Source: Nitrospirota bacterium (lineage in GTDB: Bacteria; Nitrospirota; UBA9217). From it: a stretch of DNA of 64,000 nt. The stretch is from contig DASPSR010000042.1 in the NCBI GenBank assembly GCA_035623825.1, positions 36,883-100,882 on the forward strand, in the 5' to 3' direction. Every line of letters begins with the position of its first letter. Position 1 is the stretch's first letter. The notes under the pieces are model-generated. The model was not told the DNA's origin. It saw only the letters and a program-made list of their open reading frames with translations, and did no database searches. Made by a program: the position numbers and the translations under genes. Shown here piece after piece: positions 10,015 through 19,494 of the stretch.

Positions 10015-11973
10015 TTACCATTTCATGGACAGGGTGGCCAATAGAGTTGCAAACTCGCCGTCCTGGGTGTTGTCAATTTTATCGTCATACTGCTGATACT
10101 GGTAGCGGATCTCTCCGTCCGTGTTCTTGCCGAGCCCCATTTGAACACCGAAAGCATAGACGGTGTCGACGACCCTCATATTCGATAACTCAGGGATTCC
10201 TCCCACGTTGGTCACGCTGCTCGTCCCTGTAAGGCAGAAATTGCCCCGCGAGTAGCTCCTGCTTCCCGATGCCGTGAGATTCATTCTATCTATCGGAGAA
10301 TAAGTCAGTGCAAGTGATCCTACGTGGGCAATGTCTGCGTAAGGGACACCTGGTTCGAGCGACAAAGCGCCTGTCCCGTCTTGAAAGGTGACGGTCTGAT
10401 TGACATTGTTTTGGAAGTAGGAGTAGCTCGCCGTGATCGAAGAGCGGTTGCCGACCAAGAGCGTAACGCTGGCAAGGCCCTGATCGCGTCTGACCTCCCT
10501 GCTCCCGCCGGCCAGAGGCGCCACCAGATCATTCCGGCTCTCCCGCACAGTACTGTAACTGAGCAGGGTATTGATCCTCGTCGCAGGCGTCCAGGTGAGC
10601 GATGCCTGTCCAGACTGCGCCCGGTCAGGGTCGGTATCGTAGGCCGGGTTGTTAATCGCCGTATAAGCATAATCCCCGCGGAAGGTAAGCCTATTCATGA
10701 TGCGGTACGCAAGTTCTATCCTCGCTGTTCCCTTGGTGGTCTTATCCGGCAGGTCCCAGAATGCCTGGCCGCCTGGAGGAAATGGCAGAGAGGTCCCAGG
10801 AACCCCTACGGAGCGGTCAATCATGTCCAAGACATACTGGCCCTTAAATGTCAGACGGTCGGTTGCCCGGTAACGGATTGTTCCATCCACAACGTCCCGT
10901 GTCGAAGAGATGGCGTCCCTGACACTGTTCGGGCCACTGACTATGGTGGGGACTGGGGTTATGTTATTGACCATGCTGGGGTTGCTTTCATCCTTATCGT
11001 AGTGCCGATATTTGAGGACGAACATCACGCTGGTCACGGGCAATAACATAAGGTCGCCCCCCGCATTCCAGTATTGCACCTTCGCTCCGCTGGAGTCATT
11101 TTTTGAGTCCCCGTTCGTGACAGTACCCGCAGCAACTACTTTCCCTGAATACATCGTGTGGATCTTCACCGTATCGGACGAGGATTCAAGAGTGGGAGTT
11201 AAATTATGCGGGACCGGATTGGACCCTGGGGCGTACGTGTCGTACAGTACGTTGCTGTCGTACGATGTGAACCGCTTATCCATGTGGCTGTAATCAACTT
11301 CTACCGGTCCGAGGTGGCTGTTCGCGCCAACCGTAACCTCCCGTGTAAACCAATCGATATCCCTGGACTCTGAGATCTTGTTGAGGCCACCGGAAAATCC
11401 GCGCAAGAATATCTGCTGTATGGTCCCTTCCCGCTCGACGGTCCGCAGGTCTGCGTACAGGTGGAAAGGATAGTCCGGCGTCTTAAAGCGGATGAATCCA
11501 TTCTCCAGCCTGTTCTCAGCGCCATACATGGCCCCGGGGTTTAAGTCGGTGAAGGTCGGCGTGCCTGGCGGCGCTGGTGCGGGAGGAAGATTTTCGGTTA
11601 AATGATTAAGATTATGGAACATGTCTCTCGCAACCCAGTTAAAGAGCACGATATCCTTGAAGGCGTAATCCGTCTCAACGAAGTAATCCTTGGTATTCAA
11701 ATAATAGGACTCAACTGCAACGCGGTGAGGCAGCGGGTCCCATTCCAGGTCCAGCGCGCCGATGGCAGAAGACCTGAGATAATCATACTCTCCGGCGTGA
11801 GCGGGATTCCCTTCCTGATCTATAGTCCGATAGCCCAGGCTGATCCTGCCTTCAAAGGCCTCCAGACGCTCCCCCGCAGCGGTCTCTGCCGTGCTTGTCC
11901 CCGAGGGTTGCTGTGCTAGAACCGGGGAGGCCCAGAGCATCAAAAATGCGATTATGAGAATGGTCTTTTTCAT
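10015..11973 (-). CDS. MtrB/PioB-like outer-membrane beta-barrel
   Basis: Signal peptide, N-terminal ..GEYDY, alternating Tyr/Ser/Thr-rich beta strands, terminal aromatic residue (LSMKW), 652 aa, directly after a DmsE/MtrA-type decaheme. Confidence 0.85.
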   Translation of the reverse strand: MKKTILIIAFLMLWASPVLAQQPSGTSTAETAAGERLEAFEGRISLGYRTIDQEGNPAHAGEYDYLRSSAIGALDLEWDPLPHRVAVESYYLNTKDYFVETDYAFKDIVLFNWVARDMFHNLNHLTENLPPAPAPPGTPTFTDLNPGAMYGAENRLENGFIRFKTPDYPFHLYADLRTVEREGTIQQIFLRGFSGGLNKISESRDIDWFTREVTVGANSHLGPVEVDYSHMDKRFTSYDSNVLYDTYAPGSNPVPHNLTPTLESSSDTVKIHTMYSGKVVAAGTVTNGDSKNDSSGAKVQYWNAGGDLMLLPVTSVMFVLKYRHYDKDESNPSMVNNITPVPTIVSGPNSVRDAISSTRDVVDGTIRYRATDRLTFKGQYVLDMIDRSVGVPGTSLPFPPGGQAFWDLPDKTTKGTARIELAYRIMNRLTFRGDYAYTAINNPAYDTDPDRAQSGQASLTWTPATRINTLLSYSTVRESRNDLVAPLAGGSREVRRDQGLASVTLLVGNRSSITASYSYFQNNVNQTVTFQDGTGALSLEPGVPYADIAHVGSLALTYSPIDRMNLTASGSRSYSRGNFCLTGTSSVTNVGGIPELSNMRVVDTVYAFGVQMGLGKNTDGEIRYQYQQYDDKIDNTQDGEFATLLATLSMKW

Positions 11974-11986
11974 TTATGAGCCTCCT

Positions 11987-13012
11987 CTACTGTATGAAAT
12001 GGCCCTGGCCGCTTGGTGACGGCAGGTCCGAACCGTGTATCTGTGAATGGCAGTCCGTGCACCGCGTATAGAATGCTGTCTTCTGCGCGGCAGTCGTCGC
12101 TGCAGCCGGGGGCGCACTGACGATCGGGTGGGTCGGATGGCACTGCAGGCAGAGGAACGGCTCGCGCAGGAGGAGCAGGTTGCTGTTCACCGACCCGTGC
12201 GGCGTATGGCAGGCGCGGCAATCGTCGGTAAGGTCAGCATGCTCGTACACAAACGGGCCCTGCTTCTCCGCATGGCACTGGGTGCAGGTTGCCTTCACCG
12301 TTTCCCGCCTCAGGTTCCTCTCTCCGCCTCCGCCATGCGGATCGTGGCAGTCGGTGCAGAACACCTTCTTTTCCGGCACGGGATGGTGGTTCGGCAGGGA
12401 GAACGCAGCCTGCACGTCCTGGTGACAGCGCTCGCACATTTCTGCTGTGTCTTTGAGCTTGACCTTGAGGTTGTGTCCTCCGTGGATCTTATGGCAGTCG
12501 GAACACGACACGTCGGCAACGTTGTGGATGCTCGAATTCCAGTTATGCAGGTTGAACGTCGCGTTGGCCGTATGGCACTTCAGGCAGATAAGTGATTTTG
12601 CCTGGGCGGGCAGGTTCTTGATGTCGATTAGGGTCTTGAAGTCGCAGGCCGTCTTCTTTCCGGCCTTGGCATCGGCAGCGAGCCTCTGCGGTGTCAGAGG
12701 ATCTATGGCGAGGCTGCCCGGACCGTGGCAGCTCTCGCAGTTCACCAGCGGCAGACCCGATTCCCTCGAGAGCTGAGCGCCCATGGTCGAGAGGTCGAAA
12801 TCGCGCCTCTTCTGGTCGTGCTCGTGGCATGCCTTGAGGCAGTTATCCGTGCCTACATAGTCGGCGTCGAGCCGGCCGGCAATCATCTTCTCGTAATCCT
12901 TGATCGGGAAAATCGGCCTTGCTTCCTTGAGAGCCGCACATCCAGCGGCAAAGAAGGCGCCGAGAATCCCGATTGCCAGCCATTTCTTCCATGTGAATAG
13001 TCGTTCCATCAT
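11987..13012 (-). CDS. MtrA/DmsE-family decaheme c-type cytochrome, predicted lipoprotein
   Basis: 9 CxxCH plus one CX3CH (CLKACH); family signatures CESCHGPGS, HHPVPE, CTQCHAEKQGPFVYEH, CTDCHSQIHGSDLPS; lipobox FAAG-C. Confidence 0.92.
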   Translation of the reverse strand: MMERLFTWKKWLAIGILGAFFAAGCAALKEARPIFPIKDYEKMIAGRLDADYVGTDNCLKACHEHDQKRRDFDLSTMGAQLSRESGLPLVNCESCHGPGSLAIDPLTPQRLAADAKAGKKTACDFKTLIDIKNLPAQAKSLICLKCHTANATFNLHNWNSSIHNVADVSCSDCHKIHGGHNLKVKLKDTAEMCERCHQDVQAAFSLPNHHPVPEKKVFCTDCHDPHGGGGERNLRRETVKATCTQCHAEKQGPFVYEHADLTDDCRACHTPHGSVNSNLLLLREPFLCLQCHPTHPIVSAPPAAATTAAQKTAFYTRCTDCHSQIHGSDLPSPSGQGHFIQ

Positions 13013-13038
13013 CTAGCCTCCTTTACCTAAGCGTTGGG

Positions 13039-14973
13039 TTAGGGCCGTTCTGCCTCGCTTCCGAATCCACCCGGGTATGCGCCATTCCAGAGCGGCCCGT
13101 TTGGAAGAAGATATGCCTTGGCTCCCTGGCACCAGGCGGGCGGTGTGCCGCCGCTGCACGCGGTGCTGAGAGTCGCACCGACCGAATAGTTCATTATCCC
13201 GTCATCGAGCCAGTCGAGAGAGTCGTAGATCAATCTTTTCGCAAACCTGCTGTTATGCACATAGGCGCCCCATTCATGAGTGAGGAGGCTGAAGTTAAAC
13301 GCGGCACCCAGATTGTTTTTGCCGGTCGTGTTGCCCGTTATATCCGCATCACCGGCGGAAAGCCAGTTTTTGTTGGCGAAATACGGATAATTGGTGGTGA
13401 ATGTATAACCGGATATAATGAGCTCTGCTTGGAGTGCCTGCAAGGCAGAATCGAAGTTGTTCTTTTCGTCCTGCACTACCGTACCAAAATCTATGCTGGA
13501 ACCGGCATGGCAGGCAAAACAAACCGCGCTCGATACAACGATGTTCCCCATATTCGTACTGATTGGCTCAAAGAGATGGTTGCCACTCATGCCCGTCCGG
13601 TCCATATGGCATCCGACGCAAGGGCCGTTCGAGCCGGTGTTCGGGGCATTTGGCGTGCCGATCTGATTGTGCTTGAACGAAGCGGGGTCAGCATAGTTCC
13701 TCCCGGCATATACGTACGGCGTGCCCTTGAACATCGTTCCGCCTGCGGAGAGGTAGTGTCCGTCAGGGAAACTGAAATTGCTGAAATTCACGGTTGCTGT
13801 CTGTCCGGTATTCAAATCGCTGACCGCCGTGCCGTTTACGCGCCCCGTGTGGCAGGGAATACAGACATTCGAGATGGATAGATCAGGGTACTGGAAATAT
13901 GCTGTAGAGCTCGGGGCGGAGCCGATCGTATACGTTGCCTTATAGGCTCCCGGATTCCTGAGGTCACCCGCATTGTCTGTGTGACAGCCTCTGCACTCGA
14001 GCATTTCGGGCTTGAAGTTCAAAGCAGAGGGTACAAGCGCTATGCCGCCGGCTACAATGGTTGCGGCCAATGATTGGTTTCCCGCCTGAAGCGCATCGGC
14101 ATACGTCGCAAAACCGGTTGTCGTATGACAGCGCTGACAGGCGGTCCTGCTCGCCAGCGACCAGTCGTAATGAGCCCAGGCATCTGCCGCAAGCATATCC
14201 GCATGCTTCGAACTGGCCCAATCTCTGTTGATGTCGGCATTCTTATGCGGATTGTGGCAGTCGGTACAGACGGTATCGCTCGCAAAATTCATGGCATAAC
14301 CGGTAATATTATTGCTATTTTGACTAGTTCCTGACGCCCCCCAGTTGCCGGGGGTGGCAAAGTGCGTGTCAGTGATAACGTATTGAGTTCCATTGGGGGC
14401 AGGTGCCCCTGCTAAATGGGTCGGCGAAGCATTAAGAGCTCCTGTTGAGGTATCGAGCAGATTATGACAAGCCGTGCACATGACGAATTGTCCAGAGACC
14501 GCTACGGCGCCGAAGCTTGTCCCCGTCGTGTTCGAAAGGAGGGATATCGGCCCGGCCCCGCCGGCATCTGCATGCAGGCTCCCGGGACCGTGGCAAGCCT
14601 CGCAGCCGACCACCGGACGAGGAACATTCCCCGTGTATCCTGCTGTGAGATTGTTGCTGTCCCCGTCAGGGTCATGACAACTGATGCAGCCTGAGCCGCC
14701 TGCCTGGACAAGACCCACTGTCGGAACGCCTGCACTGTACAGGTTACCTGCAGGATCGAGATTCCCGTGTTTGCTCATAAGCCAGTCGGCTGTTTCGGTG
14801 GTATGACATCCTGCGCACCTATTCAGTCCTGCAGTCGTAGTCGCTGCAGAAAGAACGCTTGAAGTCGCCGGCCCGATAGCCGAATCGGACTTGCCGCAAC
14901 CTCCGAGCATGGCGATACATGCAAGCATGAAAAGAAAAACGAGGACTGTTCTGCTTCCCTTCTTTGTATTCAT
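13039..14973 (-). CDS. Decaheme c-type cytochrome lipoprotein, OmcB/OmcC-like outer-surface type
   Basis: Lipobox LGG-C; 10 CxxCH counted; C-terminal GAAFNFSLL.HEWGAYVHN..FAKRLIYDSLDWLDDG resembles Geobacter OmcB-family C-termini as recalled; GGAGG RBS. Confidence 0.85.
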   Translation of the reverse strand: MNTKKGSRTVLVFLFMLACIAMLGGCGKSDSAIGPATSSVLSAATTTAGLNRCAGCHTTETADWLMSKHGNLDPAGNLYSAGVPTVGLVQAGGSGCISCHDPDGDSNNLTAGYTGNVPRPVVGCEACHGPGSLHADAGGAGPISLLSNTTGTSFGAVAVSGQFVMCTACHNLLDTSTGALNASPTHLAGAPAPNGTQYVITDTHFATPGNWGASGTSQNSNNITGYAMNFASDTVCTDCHNPHKNADINRDWASSKHADMLAADAWAHYDWSLASRTACQRCHTTTGFATYADALQAGNQSLAATIVAGGIALVPSALNFKPEMLECRGCHTDNAGDLRNPGAYKATYTIGSAPSSTAYFQYPDLSISNVCIPCHTGRVNGTAVSDLNTGQTATVNFSNFSFPDGHYLSAGGTMFKGTPYVYAGRNYADPASFKHNQIGTPNAPNTGSNGPCVGCHMDRTGMSGNHLFEPISTNMGNIVVSSAVCFACHAGSSIDFGTVVQDEKNNFDSALQALQAELIISGYTFTTNYPYFANKNWLSAGDADITGNTTGKNNLGAAFNFSLLTHEWGAYVHNSRFAKRLIYDSLDWLDDGIMNYSVGATLSTACSGGTPPAWCQGAKAYLLPNGPLWNGAYPGGFGSEAERP

Positions 14974-15078
14974 GGTTCATACCTCCCCTAATGGCTTCAC
15001 CTGCTGAACCCGGGTTGCTGAATGAAAGCTCATCACTTTACTCTCCTATTCCGAATTCAGCATGTTTATATCGGCGAT

Positions 15079-15741
15079 CTACGCCCCTACCGCTTTGTGC
15101 AAGTCCAGCAGGATGTAGAGCCTGTCGTCTTTTCGCGCTATCCCCTTTAGGAACTCTGCACCTTGTTCGATGGTCTCCGGTGCAGGACGGACGGCGTCCG
15201 GTGAGATCCGTACCACCCCGGTCACCTGATCCACGAGAATTCCCGCGTTCTCGTCATCTGGGCTTATAATGATAATCCGCGCCTTCTCGTCCCTCACGGC
15301 GGGCGGAAGGCCTAGCCGCCTTCCGAGATCCAGTACTGGCAGGACCGTTCCCCGGATCGATGTCACCCCGATGACATGTGACGGTGAATTGGGGACCATG
15401 GTGAGCTCCCTGCTTTTCAGCACTTCCTGTACATCATCTACGGGCAGGACATACTCTTCACTGCCGAGGCGGAACGAGAGCATCTCGATCTCCTGTGTGT
15501 GAATTCCACTTGCCACTCCTTCTTCAGGCTCCGGCGTGTCCCTTCTTCCGATTTCTTCCACTGCGGCGTGTTTGGCCGCTTCCGGTTGTTTCCCGACAGC
15601 TGGAGATGACGGCACAGGGCTCGCGCTGCCAGAGGGCTTTTCCGTCTGGGCAGGTTGAGCAGGGGCCGTTTCTTCGGTCTCGAGTTTGTTTTGTGTGCGT
15701 GTCCACTCCGCTGCCTTTTTCCGCGCTGCCAAGATATCCAT
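15079..15741 (-). CDS. cheW: CheW with a Pro/Ala-rich N-terminal extension
   Basis: LSFRLGSEEYVL, VIGVTSIRGTVLPVLDL, GILVDQVTGVV. Confidence 0.93.
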   Translation of the reverse strand: MDILAARKKAAEWTRTQNKLETEETAPAQPAQTEKPSGSASPVPSSPAVGKQPEAAKHAAVEEIGRRDTPEPEEGVASGIHTQEIEMLSFRLGSEEYVLPVDDVQEVLKSRELTMVPNSPSHVIGVTSIRGTVLPVLDLGRRLGLPPAVRDEKARIIIISPDDENAGILVDQVTGVVRISPDAVRPAPETIEQGAEFLKGIARKDDRLYILLDLHKAVGA

Positions 15742-15770
15742 AGGTCGCTAACGCTCCTACCGAAAAAAAC

Positions 15771-16652
15771 TTACAGAGAGCAGAGGACATGGGACATATG
15801 GGAAACCATGGCCCCTCTTCTCTTTGCCTCATGCCGAATGCCCTTTCCGTCCTTCGCCCGCCCTTCTCTCACTATGCTCTCGATGATCTCCTGGTCTATT
15901 ATCTTGAGGCCCTTGCCGAAACCTTCAACGAGCGCATTGCCCGCAATGGTGTTGATAATGCGCGGAACGCCTCCTGAACGCTCGAACAAAGCCGTGTTCG
16001 CTTCTTCATCAAAGAGCAGCGTTTCCCTCCCCGCTACCCGGAGCCGGTGCTTCACGTACTCTCGTGTCTCGTCCTCGTCAAGCGGGCCCAGGTGATACTG
16101 CATTCCGATCCTCTGCCGAAGCGCCCTGTACTGGCGTCGGTCGAGCCGCTCCCCGAGCTCTGTCTGGCCGATAAGCAGGATCGCGAGAAGGTTGCGGTCA
16201 TCGAGCTGGAAATTCGTAAGCAACCGCAGTTCCTCGAACGTGGCCTTGCCGGAGATAAGCTGCGCTTCGTCAATGATGACCACCGGTCGCTTCCCGGCCT
16301 CGAAGAACTCATACAGCTTTGCATTGATTCCCTCAATGATGCTGTGGCAATCCCGGCTCGAGCACTCCATCTCGAGGCCGAGGGCCACGGTTCTCAGAAG
16401 ATGTAGCGGCGAAAGCCGCGGGTTGATTATCAGCATCGGATGAAAGCTCCCGTCCAGCGAATCGATGAGCGCACGGGAAATCATCGTCTTGCCCGTACCG
16501 ATATCGCCGGTCAACAGGGCAATGTCCTGGTCCTCTGCCGCAAGCTGTAGCCGGGCGAGGGCCTCGGCATGCTTGGCGCTCTGGTAGAAAAAACGCGGGT
16601 CAGGCGTCTTTTTGAACGGCTTTTCGCTCAGTCCGTAAAATTCTTCATACAT
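15771..16652 (-). CDS. ExeA/GspA/MshM-like AAA ATPase (ATPase domain only)
   Basis: MYEEFYGLSEKPF..TPDP.F; Walker A GDIGTGKT; Walker B IIDEAQ; LIGQTEL; LRQRI; SGGVPRIIN. Confidence 0.92.
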   Translation of the reverse strand: MYEEFYGLSEKPFKKTPDPRFFYQSAKHAEALARLQLAAEDQDIALLTGDIGTGKTMISRALIDSLDGSFHPMLIINPRLSPLHLLRTVALGLEMECSSRDCHSIIEGINAKLYEFFEAGKRPVVIIDEAQLISGKATFEELRLLTNFQLDDRNLLAILLIGQTELGERLDRRQYRALRQRIGMQYHLGPLDEDETREYVKHRLRVAGRETLLFDEEANTALFERSGGVPRIINTIAGNALVEGFGKGLKIIDQEIIESIVREGRAKDGKGIRHEAKRRGAMVSHMSHVLCSL

Positions 16653-16784
16653 AATTTAAGTCCCCGGGCCAGACGACAGGTACTAGATTGAAGCTTTTCT
16701 TTTTGCCCGCTTATTCTGTCTGAAGTCCATTATCTGTTATCTGCCCTCGTTCCTTATTCCCCCGTCTTTGCCTCCGCCCGTGGT

Positions 16785-18794
16785 CTACTGTCTGCTGACA
16801 ACGACCGATCTTTTGAGAGCCCCTTCGATGAGTGATTCAACATCCAGCACGAGCACAACGCCGCGTCTGTCTCCCAGCTCCGTGGCGCCAGCAATGCCCG
16901 GTATCTCCGATATCCGCTTTCCAAGAGGCTTGATGACGATCTCCTGCTGGTCCCGGAGACCGTCAACCATGATCCCCAAGCGGCGCTCTGCGAGACCCAC
17001 GAGGATGAGGTAGAATGAGTTGCTGCTGGGCTTCGGGGTCAGTTTGAACGCCTTCGTAAGCCGATAGAGCGGTATCGTGTCGCCACGGATGGCCATCACC
17101 TCGCGTGTCTCCACGGTCTCTACCTGGTCATGCGTCGCCTGAATGATCTCGAGCACGGCGCTGAGAGGCACGGCAAACACCTCTCCGCCGGCCTCCACTA
17201 CGAGTGCCTTGATGATGGCAAGGGTTATGGGAAGCGTGATGATGAATTTCGTTCCCATACCCGTCTCGGTATCGATATCAATCATACCGGACAGCTTGGA
17301 GACATTCCGTTTCACCACGTCCAAACCCACACCACGGCCCGAGATTTCGGTTACGGTCTCGCGGGTGGTGAAGCCGGGAAGGAAAATGATATCCAGAATC
17401 TCTTTGCGGTCGGTCTCAGGATCAAGGCCATGGTCCGAGGGGAGAACCGCTTTCTGCACTGCCTTGGCCAGGATATTCTTCGTTTCTATCCCCGCTCCGT
17501 CGTCTTCGACGGTGATCACCACATGGTTGCCCTTGGGGAATGCCGCGAGCTTTACCACACCGTGTTCCGGCTTTCCCTGCTGTTTCCGTATTTCGGGGAG
17601 TTCGATGCCGTGGTCAATGGCATTCCTTATGAGGTGCATGAGCGGGTCGGCAAGGTCCTCGATCATAAGCTTGTCGAGTTCGGTCTCTTCTCCCGAAAGA
17701 TGGAGATCGATCTCCTTTCCCACTTCTTTCGCGTACTTTCTGACCATCTGTGAAAGGCGCGTAAAAATCTGGCCGATTGGAACCATTCTAACCTCAAGGA
17801 TCCCCTCCTGGAGGTCGTTCAGCTTCCTCTCCAGGCTGCGCTGCGCCTTGTGCAGATCCACGGAAAGTCCTGCGAATCCGTGCATGGATCTCAACTCACG
17901 CGCGATGCGACCGATGATGTTCTTGGTGAGGTGCATCTCACCGACTACGTTCATAAGGCCGTCAAGCTTGTAGATATCCACGCGGACAGTATTGCTCACC
18001 GACTTGATCGCACCCGTTTCCGATACCGCCCGTTGCTCTTCCACCTTCCGCCCCTCGACGTACGTTATCGGGTCGAAGGACACCTTTGGCATATTGATCG
18101 CCGACATGAGCTCGTCACGTCCCATTGCGGTGCCGGCCACAATGGTAAATCCGATGCCGCCTGCGGCCGCGCCGGCCGTGGGCAGGGTGCAGATAATTTC
18201 AGCGTTCTTTTTGAGCACATCATTGAGGTTCTTGATGCCTTTTTCGAAATCGGTAAGCTCGAACAACGCCTTAATGGTGAAAAGGTTTTTGTGCTCCCTG
18301 ATATTTTCCTTGAGTCGGTATTCTTCGTATTCCGTAAGGACTTGGAGGAGCCCGCGGTCAATTTCTATCTGATCCAGGATAGACCGGTCAGCGGCTGTGG
18401 AAGGCTTGGCTTTGAGGATTCCGTCGATGCGGTCAAGCGCGGCCGCTATGTCTTCCGGCTGCTCCTTGTTGCCCACTTGCTGCACATGCCGTCCGAGCAG
18501 GGCCACGGTCTCGAATAGCACATCGAGGACGTCCCGGCTGAGCGCTGTTTTCCCGAGACGGACCTCGTCGAGGAGGAACTCCAGTTTGTGTGAGAGCTCT
18601 GAGGGGGCCTTGAGCCCGAACATCCCGGCGAGTCCCTTGAAGGAATGGATTGCGCGAAAAAGGCCGTTCACCAGATCCGGAGCCGAGCGCCCTGCGGCCT
18701 GTTCGGACTCAAGCGAGAGCATCGTCTGGTTGGCCGTTTCGAGAATGTCTTCCGCCTCGGCTAGAAAATCCTTTATAGAACGGTCTGATTTCAA
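16785..18794 (-). CDS. cheA: Chemotaxis histidine kinase CheA
   Basis: Hpt LFRAIHSFKG; VRVDIYKLDGLMNVVGE; PLMHLIRNAIDHG; ISGRGVGLDVV; C-terminal CheW domain; TTG start. Confidence 0.96.
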   Translation of the reverse strand: MKSDRSIKDFLAEAEDILETANQTMLSLESEQAAGRSAPDLVNGLFRAIHSFKGLAGMFGLKAPSELSHKLEFLLDEVRLGKTALSRDVLDVLFETVALLGRHVQQVGNKEQPEDIAAALDRIDGILKAKPSTAADRSILDQIEIDRGLLQVLTEYEEYRLKENIREHKNLFTIKALFELTDFEKGIKNLNDVLKKNAEIICTLPTAGAAAGGIGFTIVAGTAMGRDELMSAINMPKVSFDPITYVEGRKVEEQRAVSETGAIKSVSNTVRVDIYKLDGLMNVVGEMHLTKNIIGRIARELRSMHGFAGLSVDLHKAQRSLERKLNDLQEGILEVRMVPIGQIFTRLSQMVRKYAKEVGKEIDLHLSGEETELDKLMIEDLADPLMHLIRNAIDHGIELPEIRKQQGKPEHGVVKLAAFPKGNHVVITVEDDGAGIETKNILAKAVQKAVLPSDHGLDPETDRKEILDIIFLPGFTTRETVTEISGRGVGLDVVKRNVSKLSGMIDIDTETGMGTKFIITLPITLAIIKALVVEAGGEVFAVPLSAVLEIIQATHDQVETVETREVMAIRGDTIPLYRLTKAFKLTPKPSSNSFYLILVGLAERRLGIMVDGLRDQQEIVIKPLGKRISEIPGIAGATELGDRRGVVLVLDVESLIEGALKRSVVVSRQ

Positions 18795-18885
18795 TCGTCG
18801 CTACGCTCCATTGAAAAATGTAAAAAGAATATTAATATTTTGATTTCTGATCTTTACTATATAACCCGGCACGCAACGCCGCCGT

Positions 18886-19257
18886 CTATTCACCCTCCAA
18901 CGCCTTGTTCACTGCAGCCATTAGATCTTCCTTCTTGAAAGGTTTAACTACATATCCGGTAGCCCCGAGCGCTATGCCCCTTTTTTGGTCTTCCTCGCTC
19001 TTTTCGGTGCTCACGATGATTAGGGGAATGTCCTTATAAGCGGCATTCGACTTTACAAAGCTGATCAACTCAAGGCCGTTGATGTCGGGCATATTGATGT
19101 CAGTGATTATCAGGTTGAAGCGTCGTGTGGGAAGGGTTTTGAGGGCTTCAAAGCCGTTCCCGGCTTCCACCGCAAAGAACTCTCCCATTTCCTCGAGAGA
19201 GACCCGCATCATCGAGCGTATGGCCTTGGAATCCTCCACGATAAGGACGTTCTTCAT
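18886..19257 (-). CDS. cheY: Single-domain response regulator CheY
   Basis: VLIVEDS, ITDINMPDINGLEL, IIVST, VKPF all intact. Confidence 0.92.
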   Translation of the reverse strand: MKNVLIVEDSKAIRSMMRVSLEEMGEFFAVEAGNGFEALKTLPTRRFNLIITDINMPDINGLELISFVKSNAAYKDIPLIIVSTEKSEEDQKRGIALGATGYVVKPFKKEDLMAAVNKALEGE

Positions 19258-19388
19258 TTTCGCTCCTTCTGAAGGTCGGCAGGTCTCTTTTCCAGCAGGC
19301 CCTTTTCCAAGACCATCCCCGCCTGATTGATGAATATCTCGAGAGTATCCACGCCTTTGATCGGTTTCTGATCGGGCAAGTTGTCTCC
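19053..19388. repeat. Copy A of a ~335-bp direct repeat (decayed 3' end of DUF4388-GAF gene plus intact cheY 5' part)
   Basis: Aligns by eye with 19782-20115 at roughly 90% identity. Confidence 0.93.
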
Positions 19389-19494
19389 CTATGCGTTATC
19401 AACGCCCAAGATTCTCTTCATTTTGTTCCAAGCGCTATTACTGTTTTTTTATCGCATCCTTATGAATCCATCCTATGCTCGACTTGCAATATTT

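Noticed and set aside
14974-15078. Cyclic-dinucleotide riboswitch upstream of the cytochrome block
   Set aside because: No GEMM consensus; only a short palindrome (AACCCGGGTT).
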